From: a bacterium
GTDB lineage: Bacteria > CAIWAD01
Reading direction: 5' to 3'
Assembly: GCA_030685015.1 (NCBI GenBank)
Contig: JAUXWS010000059.1
Span: forward strand, 87,052-151,051
DNA: 64,000 bases
Positions 63,757-64,000 of this stretch are shown piece by piece; position 1 is the stretch's first letter, and every line of letters begins with the position of its first letter. A program made the position numbers and the translations under genes. The notes below the pieces were generated by a model, which was not told where the DNA came from, ran no database searches, and saw nothing but the letters and a program-made list of their open reading frames with translations.

Positions 63757-63916
63757 TAGGCTCAGACACCATCCGGCCGCCTCACCAAAATGGGGCAACA
63801 GCTCGCCCGCCCGGCGCGACACCCGCCCGCCGGCAAGTTCTCCGGCCCTGGCGAGACGCACCCGCCGACAGCTGTCTCAGCGAAGGGCCGTACATGCGGG
63901 CGGCAACAACTGCCAG

Positions 63917-63947
63917 GGTGTCCGACCCATGGTCGGACACCTGTTCC
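63917..63947. repeat. palindromic repeat unit GGTGTCCGACCCATGGTCGGACACCTGTTC (REP-like), copy 2, ~190 bp from copy 1
   Basis: Seen directly. Near-identical to copy 1, including the trailing CCTGTTC. Confidence 0.5.
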
Positions 63948-64000
63948 GCCATCATTACACAGGAGCGGTCCTCCTCCCGACCTGTCCACCGTTGTCCAGC

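Overview
This is a 64-kb, very high-GC (about 68-70%) bacterial chromosomal window, densely coding on both strands. I support about 50 protein-coding genes. I found no rRNA, tRNA, CRISPR array, transposase or integrase. Many long antisense ORFs in the six-frame track are GC-driven shadows of real genes and were not called.

Gene content, in order:
- Housekeeping and stress genes: lon, a NifU-like protein, a TrpG/PabA-type amidotransferase, valS, msrB, the rRNA methyltransferase rlmN, an RRM-type RNA-binding protein, and M48/HtpX-like peptidases next to LemA.
- A minus-strand operon of eight translationally coupled genes: receiver-domain regulator, RlmN, GT2 glycosyltransferase, polyprenyl-phosphate sugar transferase, MurE, MurD, MurI, and a dual-specificity phosphatase.
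- A sensor kinase plus NtrC-family sigma54 activator pair, and a candidate sigma54 promoter upstream of a gingipain-like C25 peptidase.
- Three large secreted proteins with FlgD-Ig/T9SS type-A-like C-terminal sorting domains.
- A dense cluster of five multiheme c-type cytochromes (18, 7, 5+1, 5 and 4 heme motifs) with an NrfC/NrfD-like Fe-S/membrane quinol module and an SPFH protein.

The most notable feature is a tandem pair of paralogous secreted proteins. Each carries a TlpA-like thioredoxin-fold domain whose first active-site Cys codon is an in-frame TGA (W-U-P-S-C in place of W-C-x-P-C). Both TGA codons are followed, after a 9-nt spacer (11 nt to the core stem), by a hairpin that is conserved between the copies at synonymous positions. 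That pattern fits a bacterial SECIS, so these are candidate surface-targeted selenoproteins of the UxxC type.

Lineage guess (inference only): a Gemmatimonadota-like or candidate-phylum member of the FCB group, based on high GC plus T9SS/FlgD-type C-terminal domains.
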